64,000 nt of DNA from the NCBI GenBank assembly GCA_964483405.1, contig CAZABC010000002.1, forward strand, positions 39,756-103,755. The letters run 5' to 3'. The notes below the pieces were generated by a model. It made no database searches, was not told the DNA's origin, and saw nothing but the letters and a program-made list of their open reading frames with translations. This DNA comes from an uncultured Anaerolineaceae bacterium. GTDB taxonomy: Bacteria > Chloroflexota > Limnocylindria > Limnocylindrales > CSP1-4. Both the position numbers and the translations under genes were made by a program. Of the stretch, positions 1 to 9,337 are shown in pieces (within the stretch, counting starts at the first letter, position 1; each line of letters starts with the position of its first letter).

Positions 1-705
1 CGAGGGATGGGTCGACGCTCGGCGCCGGCGACGGCGTCGCACCCGGCCGGTCGGTCGGCCCGGGGGTCGGCTTGGAGGTCGGCTTGGGGGTCGCCGTCGG
101 CGCGGGCGTGGGCTTGGGCGTCGGCTTCGGGGTCGGCTTGGGGGTCGGGGTCGGGGTGGTGCCGCCGCACTTGTCGGCGAAGAGCACGGTCCACATCTTC
201 TTGCCGTTCGGGCCCTTGTAGGCGCCGACGGCCATGACGTCCCAGCGCTTGCCGAGGATGTTCGCGCGGTGACCCGACGAGTCCATGAACGCCTTGTGGA
301 TCGCGGCGGTCGCGATGTCGTCGGGGTAGTTGTTGTAACCGATGTTCTCGGCCGCGAACTCGTAGCAGTAGCCGCGGGCGTCCATCTCGCTGAAGACGAG
401 CCGACCGCTCGGCGGGATGTTGTGGCTGAAGTAGTCCCGGGTGATCATGTCCTTGCTCCGCCAGCGGGCGATCGTGCGGAGCGCGGAGTCGACCTTGAGC
501 GCCTTCAGCCCGGCGGCGGCGCGCGCCTTGTTGTGGAGCGCGACGAGCTGCTGCTCGGACGTGGCGCCGAAGCTGTTCGGGTCCCAGGCGAACGCCCCGG
601 ACGGCATCGCGAGCTGTCCGAGCGCGCCGAGCGCGACGGCCACGGCGACGACCGCGGCGAGGCGGCGGCCGGCGGGGCGGAGCATCGGCGCTGGACGAGC
701 GGGCA
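1..705 (-). CDS. Secreted CAP-domain (SCP/YkwD-like) protein with a C-terminal Pro-Thr-Lys repeat linker. Partial: the 3' end runs off the window start.
   Basis: Reverse-strand translation from ATG at 703-705 reads [30 protein letters not shown] (signal peptide), then a CAP-domain core (YFSHN...[12 protein letters not shown]), then [18 protein letters not shown] repeats to the window edge. GGAGG sits ~9 nt upstream of the ATG. The ORF track does not list it because no stop lies within the window. Confidence 0.7.
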
Positions 706-1033
706 TCGGTCGGGCGGCCTCCGGCCTGGGGTGATCCGGGTCGCGACGCCGCGGGGACGTCGCAGGACCGACCGTAGGCGGCGACGGTGCGCGGCGACCC
801 TCGCCCCATGGTCCCGGCCCCGCTCACCCGTGGTACCGCTCCGACCACACCCGACCGCCCATGAGGGCACCCGAGGCCACTGGTCCGCCGAACCCCGGGC
901 CCTGTGGCGCGGCGAGGTACGGGCCGACGCCGCGGACGGCCGCCTCGAGCAGGATCGTCGGGTACACTTCCGCGGCGCAGGCGAGGTGTCGGCGGCGGTC
1001 CCGAGCGTGACCGCCCGACGCCGAGCCATCCGC

Positions 1034-1110
1034 GGTGGCCTTAGCTCAACTGGCAGAGCATCGGATTGTGGCTCCGAAGGTTACGGGTTCAAGCCCCGTA
1101 GGCCACCCCA
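1034..1110 (+). tRNA. tRNA-His (anticodon GTG)
   Basis: The cloverleaf is readable: extra G-1, acceptor GTGGCCT/AGGCCAC, D arm GCTC-AACTGGCA-GAGC, anticodon arm TCGGA-TTGTGGC-TCCGA with GTG at loop positions 3-5, T arm ACGGG-TTCAAGC-CCCGT, discriminator C and an encoded CCA. It aligns closely to E. coli tRNA-His. Confidence 0.9.
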
Positions 1111-1306
1111 AGCCCTTCCCTGGCACCCATCGGCGGCGCCGTCGGCCCGCGCACGGCGGGGCCGTTCGGCGGTCGGCAGGCGTGCGAGACGGCCCTTGCG
1201 ATGCCCGCCGCGGGCGCCGAGCCTGAGCCCGACGACCGAACCTGACCGGCGGGCCCCCGAGTGACGGGCGGCGTCCCGACCCACCGGCGTCCGAGGAGGA
1301 TCGCCG

Positions 1307-1492
1307 ATGGCGATGCCAGTCACCCCCGCCCGGCGCGCGTTCCCGCGTGAGCTCGCGCTGGCCACGACCCTCGTCCTGATCGCGCTCGTCGCGGCGATCC
1401 TGCTGGGGAGTGCCCGCGTACTGCCCGCGCCATCCGGGCTCCCATACCAGCTCGACCAGCAGACGATGGAGATGCAGCGCGCCGTGCCGTAG
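1307..1492 (+). CDS. Small hypothetical protein (61 aa) with one predicted transmembrane helix
   Basis: AGGAGG sits 8 nt upstream of ATG 1307. Third codon positions are G/C-rich as in real genes here. The hydrophobic core is LALATTLVLIALVAAILLG. Confidence 0.4.
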   Translation: MAMPVTPARRAFPRELALATTLVLIALVAAILLGSARVLPAPSGLPYQLDQQTMEMQRAVP

Positions 1493-1573
1493 CGCCGCCC
1501 GCGTGGGGTTCGACGCTATGCTCCGGGGCGGTCCGCGCACGTCCTGCGGGCGGACCGAGCCGAGGAGCGACGC

Positions 1574-2848
1574 GTGTCCGACCTGCCCGACCTGATCCCC
1601 CTGGAAGACGCCCAGGCCCGGGTGCTCGACGGGGTCGAGCCGCTGCCGGCCACGACCGTCGCGCTCGCCGACGCCGCGGGGCTCGTCCTCGCCTCGCCGG
1701 CCCACTCGCCCATCGACGTCCCGCCGTGGGCGAACAGCGCGATGGACGGCTTCGCGGTCCGGGGCGCCGACGTCGCCGGCGCCGGGCCCGAGCGGCCCGT
1801 CGTCCTCCGGGTCCTCGGCGAGGTCCCGGCCGGCCGCGCGCCCGACGTGGCGGTCGAGCCCGGGACGGCCCTCCGGATCATGACCGGGGCGATGGTCCCG
1901 GCCGGCGCCGACGCCGTCGTCCCGGTCGAGGACACCGACGCGCCCGCCGGCGCCTCCGAGATCCCGGCGACCGTCGCGGTCCGGGCGTCGGTGCGCCCGG
2001 GCGACCACCTCCGTGCCGCGGGCACCGACGTCGTCGCCGGCGCCGAGCTGCTCGCGGCCGGACGGGCCTGCGACCCGGCCGCCATCGCCCTCCTTGCCGC
2101 GACCGGGCACGCGACGGTGGTCGTCCACCGTCGGCCTCGGGTCGCGGTCATCTCGACGGGCGACGAGCTCGTTCCGCCGGGCACGCCGCTGGGTCCCGCC
2201 CAGATCTACGAGTCCAACTCGTACGCGCTCGCGGCGCAGGCGGCCGAGGCCGGTGCCGAGGTCCGCCGCTTCGGTGTCGCGGCTGACACGCTCGACGCGC
2301 TGCTCGCGCTCGTCCGCGAGGCGACGGCCTGGGCCGACGTCGTCGTGATGAGCGGCGGCGTCTCGGTCGGCGCGCACGACCACGTCAAGGCGGCGTTCGG
2401 CGCGGTCGGGTCGCTCGACCTGTGGCGGGTGGCGATCAAGCCGGGCCGGCCGTTCGCCTTCGCCCGAGCGACCGTCGACGGACGGTCGGTCCGACTCTTC
2501 GGCCTGCCCGGCAACCCGGTCAGCGTCTTCGTCACGTTCGAGCTGTTCGTCCGGCCGGTGCTGCGGCTGCTCGCCGGTCACCGCCGGGCGTTCGACCGGC
2601 CGGCACGGCTCGTCCGCCTGGCCGAGGCGATGCGCGGGTCGGCGGGGCGGATGAACATCACCCGGGTCGTGCTCGAGGCCGACCCGACACGCCCCGACGG
2701 GCTGCTCGCCCGGACCTCGGGCGGGCAGGACTCGTACATGCTCGCCTCGCTCGCCGCCGCGAACGGGATGCTCTTCCTGCCGCCCGACGCGGACCTGCCC
2801 GCCGGCGCCGAGGTCGTCGCCTGGGAGCTGCGCGGCCGCGACGCCTAG
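1574..2848 (+). CDS. moeA: Molybdopterin molybdenumtransferase MoeA (gephyrin-like)
   Basis: The 424-aa product carries MoeA hallmarks (SAMDGFAV, MTGAMVPAGADAVVPVEDTD, GLPGNPVSVFVTFELFVRPVL). The start is GTG 1574 with GAGGAG 5 nt upstream. Confidence 0.9.
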   Translation: MSDLPDLIPLEDAQARVLDGVEPLPATTVALADAAGLVLASPAHSPIDVPPWANSAMDGFAVRGADVAGAGPERPVVLRVLGEVPAGRAPDVAVEPGTALRIMTGAMVPAGADAVVPVEDTDAPAGASEIPATVAVRASVRPGDHLRAAGTDVVAGAELLAAGRACDPAAIALLAATGHATVVVHRRPRVAVISTGDELVPPGTPLGPAQIYESNSYALAAQAAEAGAEVRRFGVAADTLDALLALVREATAWADVVVMSGGVSVGAHDHVKAAFGAVGSLDLWRVAIKPGRPFAFARATVDGRSVRLFGLPGNPVSVFVTFELFVRPVLRLLAGHRRAFDRPARLVRLAEAMRGSAGRMNITRVVLEADPTRPDGLLARTSGGQDSYMLASLAAANGMLFLPPDADLPAGAEVVAWELRGRDA

Positions 2849-3100
2849 GGCCGGAGCGCGCGGGTCGCGGGGGCGCGGCGGGCCTCGGGGACGCGCGGCG
2901 AGGGCGGCGGGCCTCGGGGTCGTGGGGCGGGCTCGGCCGTCCGGCGGGGGCAGGTCGCGGCGTCGCGTTCGGCGCGCGGTCGCGTGGCGGCCTCGGGCCG
3001 CGCGGGGGCGCGACGGGCGTGGTTCGCTGGCCGGCGGGCGACGCCGTCGGTCAACGGGTGGCGGGCCCTGCCGGGCGTCGCCGCTGCCCCGGCCCGCCGC

Positions 3101-3134
3101 GCCGGATCCGCGGGGGCCTCGCCGCGGATCCGGC
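3101..3134. terminator. Perfect 13-bp GC-rich hairpin (GCCGGATCCGCGG-loop-CCGCGGATCCGGC) in the convergent moeA/moaD spacer. Candidate bidirectional terminator or structural element.
   Basis: The inverted repeat is seen directly in the sequence. There is no U-tract, which is common in high-GC actinobacteria. Confidence 0.35.
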
Positions 3135-3412
3135 CCATCAGCCCTCGAGCGTCGGCTGCATGGTCACCCCGAGCACACGGGGCAACGCCAAGGGCACACG
3201 CCTGACGGAAGGCGGGCCGACCAGTCGCTCCACCGAGGCCCCCCGCGTGCGATCCACGCTCGAGCGGCGTCTGGAAGGCGGTCGCGGGCGTGGGCAACAC
3301 CGGGCTGTGGGTCCGTTGTGACGTCACGTGTGCTGGAGGTGTCCATGCAGCGGACATCTCGCCCGTCACGGGCGGCCGCAGGACCCGGGCGGACGACCCG
3401 TCGCGAACGACG

Positions 3413-3649
3413 TCAGCCGCCGCTCGAGGGCGGGAACAGGTCGAGCCGGTCCTCGTCCGAGACGGTGATCGCCGGGTCGTCGAGCCGGACCACCTCGCCG
3501 TTGAGGCCGGCGACCGCGATCTCGGCGAGCGGCACGCCGACCAGTCGCACCGCGTCGCCGATCGTCAGCTCACGCCCGAGCGCGACCTCGAACCGCTCGC
3601 GCCGGTCCGGGCCGTAGAAGCCGAGCGAGCCGTGGAGCCGGACCTGCAC
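3413..3649 (-). CDS. moaD: MoaD/ThiS-family sulfur-carrier protein ending in Gly-Gly
   Basis: The product is VQVRLHGSLGFYGPDRRERFEVALGRELTIGDAVRLVGVPLAEIAVAGLNGEVVRLDDPAITVSDEDRLDLFPPSSGG, a ubiquitin-like fold with a C-terminal GG. I prefer the GTG start at 3649, just downstream of the AOR stop. An alternative ATG at 3742 would overlap AOR. Confidence 0.7.
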   Translation of the reverse strand: MQVRLHGSLGFYGPDRRERFEVALGRELTIGDAVRLVGVPLAEIAVAGLNGEVVRLDDPAITVSDEDRLDLFPPSSGG

Positions 3650-3665
3650 GCGTCGTCCGCCCGGT

Positions 3666-5576
3666 TCAGCCGACGGCGGCGGCGTCGGCCTCGGCCGCCC
3701 AGTCGAGACCGAGCGTCCGCAGCCGCTCCGCCGTCGGGACACCGGTCGCCGGGTCCCAGCCCTTCAGCGCGTAGAGGGCCGTGATCGCCCCCTCGAACGC
3801 CTCCCGGTCGATCGACCGGCCGGCCAGCGTGCCGCCCTCGAGCGGGTCGTGGAGACGGTCCGGCAGACGGTCGTCGTGCCGCGTCCGGCCCTCGCGCACG
3901 TTGAACACGCGGGCCATGGTGACCGCGCGCTCCCCGACCTCGAGCAGCTCGTCGACGGTGACGGCCCAGCCGGTCGCGGCCCGGACGGCCGCGACGACGT
4001 CGTCGACGCCGATGAACGACCGTGGTGCAGGGCCGAAGAAGCACAGCCCGAGGACCTTCTCGGCGCTGTTCCAGCGCTCCGAGGTGTACCAGTTGCGGAC
4101 CTTGGCCTCGCCGAGGCTGAAGACGTCGGCCGGCTCGGTGATGCCGAGCGCCATCGCGCCCTTGAACGGGACCGACTCGGGGTTGACGAAGATGGGGTCG
4201 TGGAAGCCGACGAGGTGGTCCGCCCCGGCCTCGTTCGTCGCGTAGCCGAGGGCGACGCCGACCTTGCCGCGCGGCTCGTGCATCGCCATCTCGAGGCCCT
4301 TGACCTGCATCGCGAACGAGGGCGCATCGCCGCCGAGCCGCTCCGCGATCGCCCGCGAGCCGAGGGCGAGCAGCTCCCCGACCCCCTGCCGCTCGGCGAT
4401 GCGCGGGATCGCCTCGAGGAGCGCCTCGCCGTTGCCGAAGCGGAGGTCGACGCCGTCGAGGTCGGCCGGGCCGAGGAGCCCGTGCTCGACGCACTCCATG
4501 ACGAAGGCGACCGTGCCGGCGGTCGAGATGACATCGAGCCCGAGCTCGTTGCACAGCTCGTTCGCGCGGGCGACGAGCTCGATGTCGAAGATGGCGCAGT
4601 TCGAGCCGAAGCCGGCGATCGCCTCGTACTCGGGGCCGTCGTACGTGTCGGTGACCCGGTAGCGGCCCTCGAAGGCCGTCTCGGGCTTGCACCGGACCGC
4701 GCAGGCGTAGCAGGACCGGGTCCCGCTCCGGATCGCCTCGAAGGCCGCCCAGCCGATGCCGTCGACCCGCTCGAACGAGCCCTCGCGGAAGTTGCGGGTC
4801 GGCAGGATGCCGGCGGCGTTGAGCCCGTCGGTGAGCCCCGGGGTCCCCTTCGTCCGGAGGTCCCAGCCCTGTGGGTGGTCGGGCAGCGACCGGCTGAGCC
4901 GCTTCCCGATCTCGGCGAGCGCCGGCGCGTCGAACGCAAGGTCGGTGTACTTCCGCGAACCCTTGACCGCGATCGCCCGGACGTTCTTGCTGCCCATGAC
5001 CGCGCCCATCCCGGTCCGCCCGTTGTAGTGGCGGAGCTCGTTCATGAGCATGGAGTACGGGACGAGGTTCTCCCCCGCCCGGCCGATCTGGAGGACCCGG
5101 GCGAGCTTCTCGCCGACCGCCTCCTTGATCGTCGCCTGGACCGTCGGCGGGTCCGCGCCCCAGAGCTGGCGGGCGTCGCGGATCTCCGCGCCGCCGTCGT
5201 GGACCCAGAGGTAGACGGGCTCGGGCGAGCGTCCGCTGAGGACGATCGCGTCGAGCCCGGCCATCTTCAGCTCCGGGCCCCAGTAGCCGCCGGCCTCGGA
5301 TTCGCCGAAGCCGCCGGTGAGCGGCGAGCGGGCGATCGCGTTGAAGCGGGTGGCGGTGGAGACCGGGGCGCCGGTCAGGAGGCCGGTCGCGAGGACCAGG
5401 ACGTTGTCGGGGCCGAGTGGGTCGGTGCCGGGTCGGAGCTCGTGGAGCAGGTGGTACGCGGCCAGCGCCTTGCCGCCGGGGTAGCGGCGGTAGAAGGCCT
5501 CGTCGAACGTCTCGACGCTCGTCGTCCCGCGCGTCAGGTCGACCCGCAGGATCGTCCCGTTGCTCCCGAAGCCCAT
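3666..5576 (-). CDS. aor: Aldehyde:ferredoxin oxidoreductase (AOR family; tungsten or molybdenum bis-pterin enzyme)
   Basis: The 636-aa product is AOR-family along its full length (MGFGSNGTILRVDLTRG..., the EAGGYWGPELKMAGLDAIVL N-terminal domain, the CYACAVRC cluster-ligand region). GGAGG sits 6 nt upstream of ATG 5576. Confidence 0.9.
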   Translation of the reverse strand: MGFGSNGTILRVDLTRGTTSVETFDEAFYRRYPGGKALAAYHLLHELRPGTDPLGPDNVLVLATGLLTGAPVSTATRFNAIARSPLTGGFGESEAGGYWGPELKMAGLDAIVLSGRSPEPVYLWVHDGGAEIRDARQLWGADPPTVQATIKEAVGEKLARVLQIGRAGENLVPYSMLMNELRHYNGRTGMGAVMGSKNVRAIAVKGSRKYTDLAFDAPALAEIGKRLSRSLPDHPQGWDLRTKGTPGLTDGLNAAGILPTRNFREGSFERVDGIGWAAFEAIRSGTRSCYACAVRCKPETAFEGRYRVTDTYDGPEYEAIAGFGSNCAIFDIELVARANELCNELGLDVISTAGTVAFVMECVEHGLLGPADLDGVDLRFGNGEALLEAIPRIAERQGVGELLALGSRAIAERLGGDAPSFAMQVKGLEMAMHEPRGKVGVALGYATNEAGADHLVGFHDPIFVNPESVPFKGAMALGITEPADVFSLGEAKVRNWYTSERWNSAEKVLGLCFFGPAPRSFIGVDDVVAAVRAATGWAVTVDELLEVGERAVTMARVFNVREGRTRHDDRLPDRLHDPLEGGTLAGRSIDREAFEGAITALYALKGWDPATGVPTAERLRTLGLDWAAEADAAAVG

Positions 5577-5720
5577 CGCCGACCTCCACCGCCGGGTCGT
5601 CCGTGCGCCGACGGACCGCCGGGACCCATCATGCGCCGTCGCGTCGGGCGCGGTCCCTGTCGTTCGGCCCGTCGGACCGGGGCGGATCGACCGGAGGAGG
5701 ACCCTTCCCCGGGCCGTCGC

Positions 5721-5756
5721 GGCGGCGTGGGCGGCGGCGTGGGCGGCGGCGCGGGG
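5721..5756. repeat. Tandem GC-rich 12-mer repeat (GGCGGCGTGGGC x2 plus a degenerate third copy) in the divergent aor/pfkB intergenic region
   Basis: The direct repeats are visible in the sequence. It is probably non-coding (the in-frame peptide is AAAWAAAWAAA). Confidence 0.5.
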
Positions 5757-5820
5757 CGGCTGGGGCGGCGCAGCGGTCGCGGCAGACCGTTCGCCCCCGC
5801 CGGCCCGCTATCGTTCGGCC

Positions 5821-6864
5821 ATGCGCATCGTCGTCGCGGGCCAGACGTGCCTCGACCTCGTCCCGACGCTGCCGGGGGCGCCGGTGACCGACCCCGGCAC
5901 CCTCGTCGCCGTCGGTGGGCTCGACCTCCGGCTGGGCGGCTGCGTCGCCAACACGGGCACGGCGCTCGCCGATCTGGGCGCCGAGGTCCGGCTCGCGACC
6001 GACGTCGGCGACGACGACCTGGGCGCCGTCCTCGTCCGGCTCGCCCGCGAGCGCTTCGGCGCGGGGGCGCGGATCGGGGTCGCCGCCGGGCTGCGGACGT
6101 CCTACTCGATCGTCATCGAGCCGCCCGGCCGGGACCGGACGTTCTGGCACCACGCCGGGGCGAGTCGAGCGTTCGACGGCACGACCGTCGACCTGGCCGC
6201 CGCCGACGGCCTCCACGTCGGCTACCCGCCGCTCCTGCCGGCCCTCGTCGCCGACGGCGGGGTGCCGCTGCGCGCGCTCCTCGAACGGGCGCGCGGCCAG
6301 GGCGCCCTGACCTCGCTCGACCTCGTCGTCGTCGATCCCGGGCTCGAGACGGCGACGCTCGACTGGGAGGTGATCCTCGGCCATGTCGCGCCCGCGCTCG
6401 ACGTCCTTTCGCCGAGCGCCGACGACCTCGCCTCGATGGGGCTGTGTCCCGCGCACCCGTCGGCCGACGAGGTCGGCGCCGTGGCCGGGCGGCTCGTTGA
6501 CGCCGGCGTGGCGGTGGTCGCCGTCTCGAGCGGGGCCGGCGGGCTCGTCGTCCGGAGCGGCGGTCGCGACCGGCTCGCCGCGACCGGGCGGCTGGCGAGC
6601 CTGGCCGAGGACTGGGCTGATCGCGAGCTCCGGGTCGCGGTCGCGCCGGGCCCGGTCCGGACGACCCTGGCGGCCGGCGACGCGGCGAGCGCGGGGCTCC
6701 TCTTCGGGCTGCTCGCGGGGCTCCCGCTCGACCGGGCCGCGGCGCTCTCGGTGGCCGTCGCCGGGCGCCGGGTGGCCGGGATCGACCCGCTGCCGCCGTT
6801 CGGGGCCGACGGCGCGGCATACGACCTCGACGGGATCGCGGTCGAGGTGCGGCGGGTCGGGTAG
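5821..6864 (+). CDS. PfkB-family carbohydrate kinase (ribokinase-like)
   Basis: It starts MRIVVAGQTCLDLVP and carries the PfkB C-terminal anion-hole motif TLAAGDAASAGLLFGLLAG. The ORF upstream of Met88 reads as repeat-derived junk. Confidence 0.8.
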   Translation: MRIVVAGQTCLDLVPTLPGAPVTDPGTLVAVGGLDLRLGGCVANTGTALADLGAEVRLATDVGDDDLGAVLVRLARERFGAGARIGVAAGLRTSYSIVIEPPGRDRTFWHHAGASRAFDGTTVDLAAADGLHVGYPPLLPALVADGGVPLRALLERARGQGALTSLDLVVVDPGLETATLDWEVILGHVAPALDVLSPSADDLASMGLCPAHPSADEVGAVAGRLVDAGVAVVAVSSGAGGLVVRSGGRDRLAATGRLASLAEDWADRELRVAVAPGPVRTTLAAGDAASAGLLFGLLAGLPLDRAAALSVAVAGRRVAGIDPLPPFGADGAAYDLDGIAVEVRRVG

Positions 6865-6988
6865 GTCGCGTCGCCGGGACGCACGTCCGGCAGGCGGCTA
6901 CGTCGTTCGTCCATGGCCGCAGCGACCGGCGGCGAGGCATCCTCGGGTCCGTGACCGGACCGAAGACCGACCAGCCGAGGTACTCCCG

Positions 6989-8224
6989 ATGCCGTACCGC
7001 CGCACCGCCAGCTCCCTCGCCCTCCTCCTCGCCCTCCTCGTGCCCGCGACGACGCTCGCCGCGTCGATCGCGTGGACCCGCCAACTCGGGACCTCGGGCG
7101 AAGAGGCCGCCGGTGGGATCGCCGCCGACACGACCGGCGTGACGATCATCGCCACGACCGCGGGCAGCCTCGCCGGGCCGCTTCGGGGGCCGAGCGACGC
7201 GGTCGTCCGGCGCTACGACCGGACCGGCGCCGTCGTCTGGTCGCGCCAGTACGGGACGACCGGCCAGGACAGCGGCGAGGACGTGGCCGCGGGCGGCGGT
7301 GGGATCGTCGTCCTCGTCGCGACCGACGGCCCATCGGGCCCGACGCCGGCGACGCCCGGGATCCGGGACGTCCTCGTCCGGCGCTACGACCTCACCGGGA
7401 CCGCCACCTGGACACGCCGCTCCGGCACCGCGGCCGACGAGGACCCGGGCGCGGTCGCCGCGGACGCGGGCGGGGTCGCGGTCTCGGGGACGACCTGGGG
7501 CGCGCTCGGCGGCCCGAACGCGGCCGACGACGCCGACGCCTTCGTCCGCCGCTACTCGCCGACCGGCGCCATCTTCTGGACCCGCCAGTTCGGGACGGTC
7601 GAGGCCGACTCGGCGAACGCCGTCGCGCTCGACGCGGCCGGCATCACGGTCGCCGGCGGCACCGACGGCAACCTCGCCGGGCCGAACGCCGGTCCGTTCA
7701 CCGACGCCTACATCCGCCGCTACGACCTCGCCGGCAAGCTGCTCTGGACCCGCCAGTGGGGCCAGGCGGGCGACGACACGATCCTGGCCCTCGCCGCCGA
7801 CGGGACGGGCATCACCGCCGTCGGATACACGAGCGCCGACGCGAGCGGCGAGGTCCCGAGCCAGGCGTTCATCCGCCGTTACGACCGGGCCGGGACGTTG
7901 AAGTGGTCGCGCATCTTCGGGACGTCGAACGCCTCCGAGGTCGCCTGGGGCGTGGCCGCCGACGGCGCCGGCCTGACCGTGACCGGCTACACGTACGGCT
8001 CGCTCGACGGGCAGAGCAAGGGCAGCTTCGACATCTTCGTCCGCCGCTACGACCGGGCCGGCGCCCTCACCTGGAGGACCCAGTTCGGGACGACCGGGGC
8101 CGACCTCGGCATCGACGTCGCGGCCGACGGCGCCGGCTTCACCGTCCTCGGCCACACCAACGGCGCGCTCGGCGGCAAGCCCGCCGGCGAGCTCGACCTC
8201 GTCGTCCGGCGCTATCTCCGCTGA
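6989..8224 (+). CDS. Secreted beta-propeller (SBBP-type) repeat protein
   Basis: It has a signal peptide ([28 protein letters not shown]) followed by about eight ~46-aa repeats of the pattern VRRYDxxGxxxWxRQxGTxxxDxxxxVAxDxxGxxVxGxTxGxLxG. GAGG sits 8 nt upstream of the ATG. Confidence 0.75.
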   Translation: MPYRRTASSLALLLALLVPATTLAASIAWTRQLGTSGEEAAGGIAADTTGVTIIATTAGSLAGPLRGPSDAVVRRYDRTGAVVWSRQYGTTGQDSGEDVAAGGGGIVVLVATDGPSGPTPATPGIRDVLVRRYDLTGTATWTRRSGTAADEDPGAVAADAGGVAVSGTTWGALGGPNAADDADAFVRRYSPTGAIFWTRQFGTVEADSANAVALDAAGITVAGGTDGNLAGPNAGPFTDAYIRRYDLAGKLLWTRQWGQAGDDTILALAADGTGITAVGYTSADASGEVPSQAFIRRYDRAGTLKWSRIFGTSNASEVAWGVAADGAGLTVTGYTYGSLDGQSKGSFDIFVRRYDRAGALTWRTQFGTTGADLGIDVAADGAGFTVLGHTNGALGGKPAGELDLVVRRYLR

Positions 8225-8250
8225 GGGTCCGGCTGCCGTACCCTCCGCGG

Positions 8251-9294
8251 ATGGAGATCGGCGCCTTCACCTTCGGCGACATCGCCCCGGACCCCGTGAA
8301 CGGCCGGGTCGACCCCGCCCGGCGGATGCGGGACCTCGTCGAGGAGATCGTCCTCGCCGACCAGGTCGGGCTCGACGTCTTCGGCGTCGGGGAGCACCAC
8401 CGTCCCGACTTCGTCGTCTCGTCGCCGGCGATCGTCCTTGCCGCGGCCGCCGAGCGGACGAGCCGGATCCGGCTGACGAGCGCGGTGAGCGTCCTGAGCT
8501 CGGACGACCCGGTCCGGGTCTTCCAGCAGTTCTCGACGCTCGACCTGCTGTCGGGCGGGCGGGCCGAGATCATGGCCGGCCGCGGCTCGTTCATCGAGTC
8601 CTTCCCGCTCTTCGGCTACGACCTCGACGACTACGACTCGCTGTTCGTCGAGAAGCTCGACCTGCTCCTCCGGCTCCGGGCCGAGGAGCGGGTGACCTGG
8701 TCGGGCAGGCACCGGGCGCCGATCGAGGACCGGGCCGTCTATCCGCGCCCGGTCCAGGACCCGCTGCCGGTCTGGGTCGCCGTCGGCGGGACGCCCGGGT
8801 CGGCGGTCCGGATCGGCTCGCTCGGACTGCCGATGGCCCTCGCGATCATCGGCGGGATGCCGGAGCGGTTCGTCCCGTTCGTCGACCTCTTCCGGCGGTC
8901 GGCGGCCGAGGCGGGTCACGACCCGACCCCCGCGCTGAGCATCAACATGCACGGCTTCATCGCCGACACGTCGCAGGCCGCCGCCGACGACGCGTTCCCG
9001 CCGCTCGCGGCGATGATGAACCGCATCGCCCGGGAACGAGGCTTCGCGCCGCTGGACCGCGCGGCGTTCGAGGCGTCACGAGACCTCCGCGGGGCCAACC
9101 TCGTCGGCAGCCCCGCGGAGATCGTCGACCGGATCCTGTTCCACCACTCGCTGTTCGCCCACGACCGGTTCCTGCTCCAGGTCATCGGTGGGGCGATGCC
9201 GCACGCGAAGATCATGCGATCGATCGAGCTCCTCGGGACCGAGGTGGCGCCGGCGGTCCGGCGGGCCCTCGGCGCGGGCACGCCGACGGCCTGA
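8251..9294 (+). CDS. LLM-class (luciferase-like) flavin or F420-dependent oxidoreductase
   Basis: [15 protein letters not shown]...[12 protein letters not shown]...[14 protein letters not shown] shows the typical luciferase-like monooxygenase architecture. Confidence 0.85.
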   Translation: MEIGAFTFGDIAPDPVNGRVDPARRMRDLVEEIVLADQVGLDVFGVGEHHRPDFVVSSPAIVLAAAAERTSRIRLTSAVSVLSSDDPVRVFQQFSTLDLLSGGRAEIMAGRGSFIESFPLFGYDLDDYDSLFVEKLDLLLRLRAEERVTWSGRHRAPIEDRAVYPRPVQDPLPVWVAVGGTPGSAVRIGSLGLPMALAIIGGMPERFVPFVDLFRRSAAEAGHDPTPALSINMHGFIADTSQAAADDAFPPLAAMMNRIARERGFAPLDRAAFEASRDLRGANLVGSPAEIVDRILFHHSLFAHDRFLLQVIGGAMPHAKIMRSIELLGTEVAPAVRRALGAGTPTA

Positions 9295-9337
9295 GCCGGT
9301 CGGTCCCTCGGCTGCCCGGCATGGCCGACCGTCGCTG

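Noticed and set aside
3565-5589. ORFs overlapping AOR (3565..5589 and 3764..4939 minus; 3849..6500 plus)
   Set aside because: They are alternative-frame or antisense to the AOR gene. They are extremely R/P/G-rich and have no homology-like motifs.
6113-8155. 680-aa minus-strand ORF
   Set aside because: It is antisense to the PfkB kinase and SBBP genes, with an Arg/Pro/Gly-dominated low-complexity translation.
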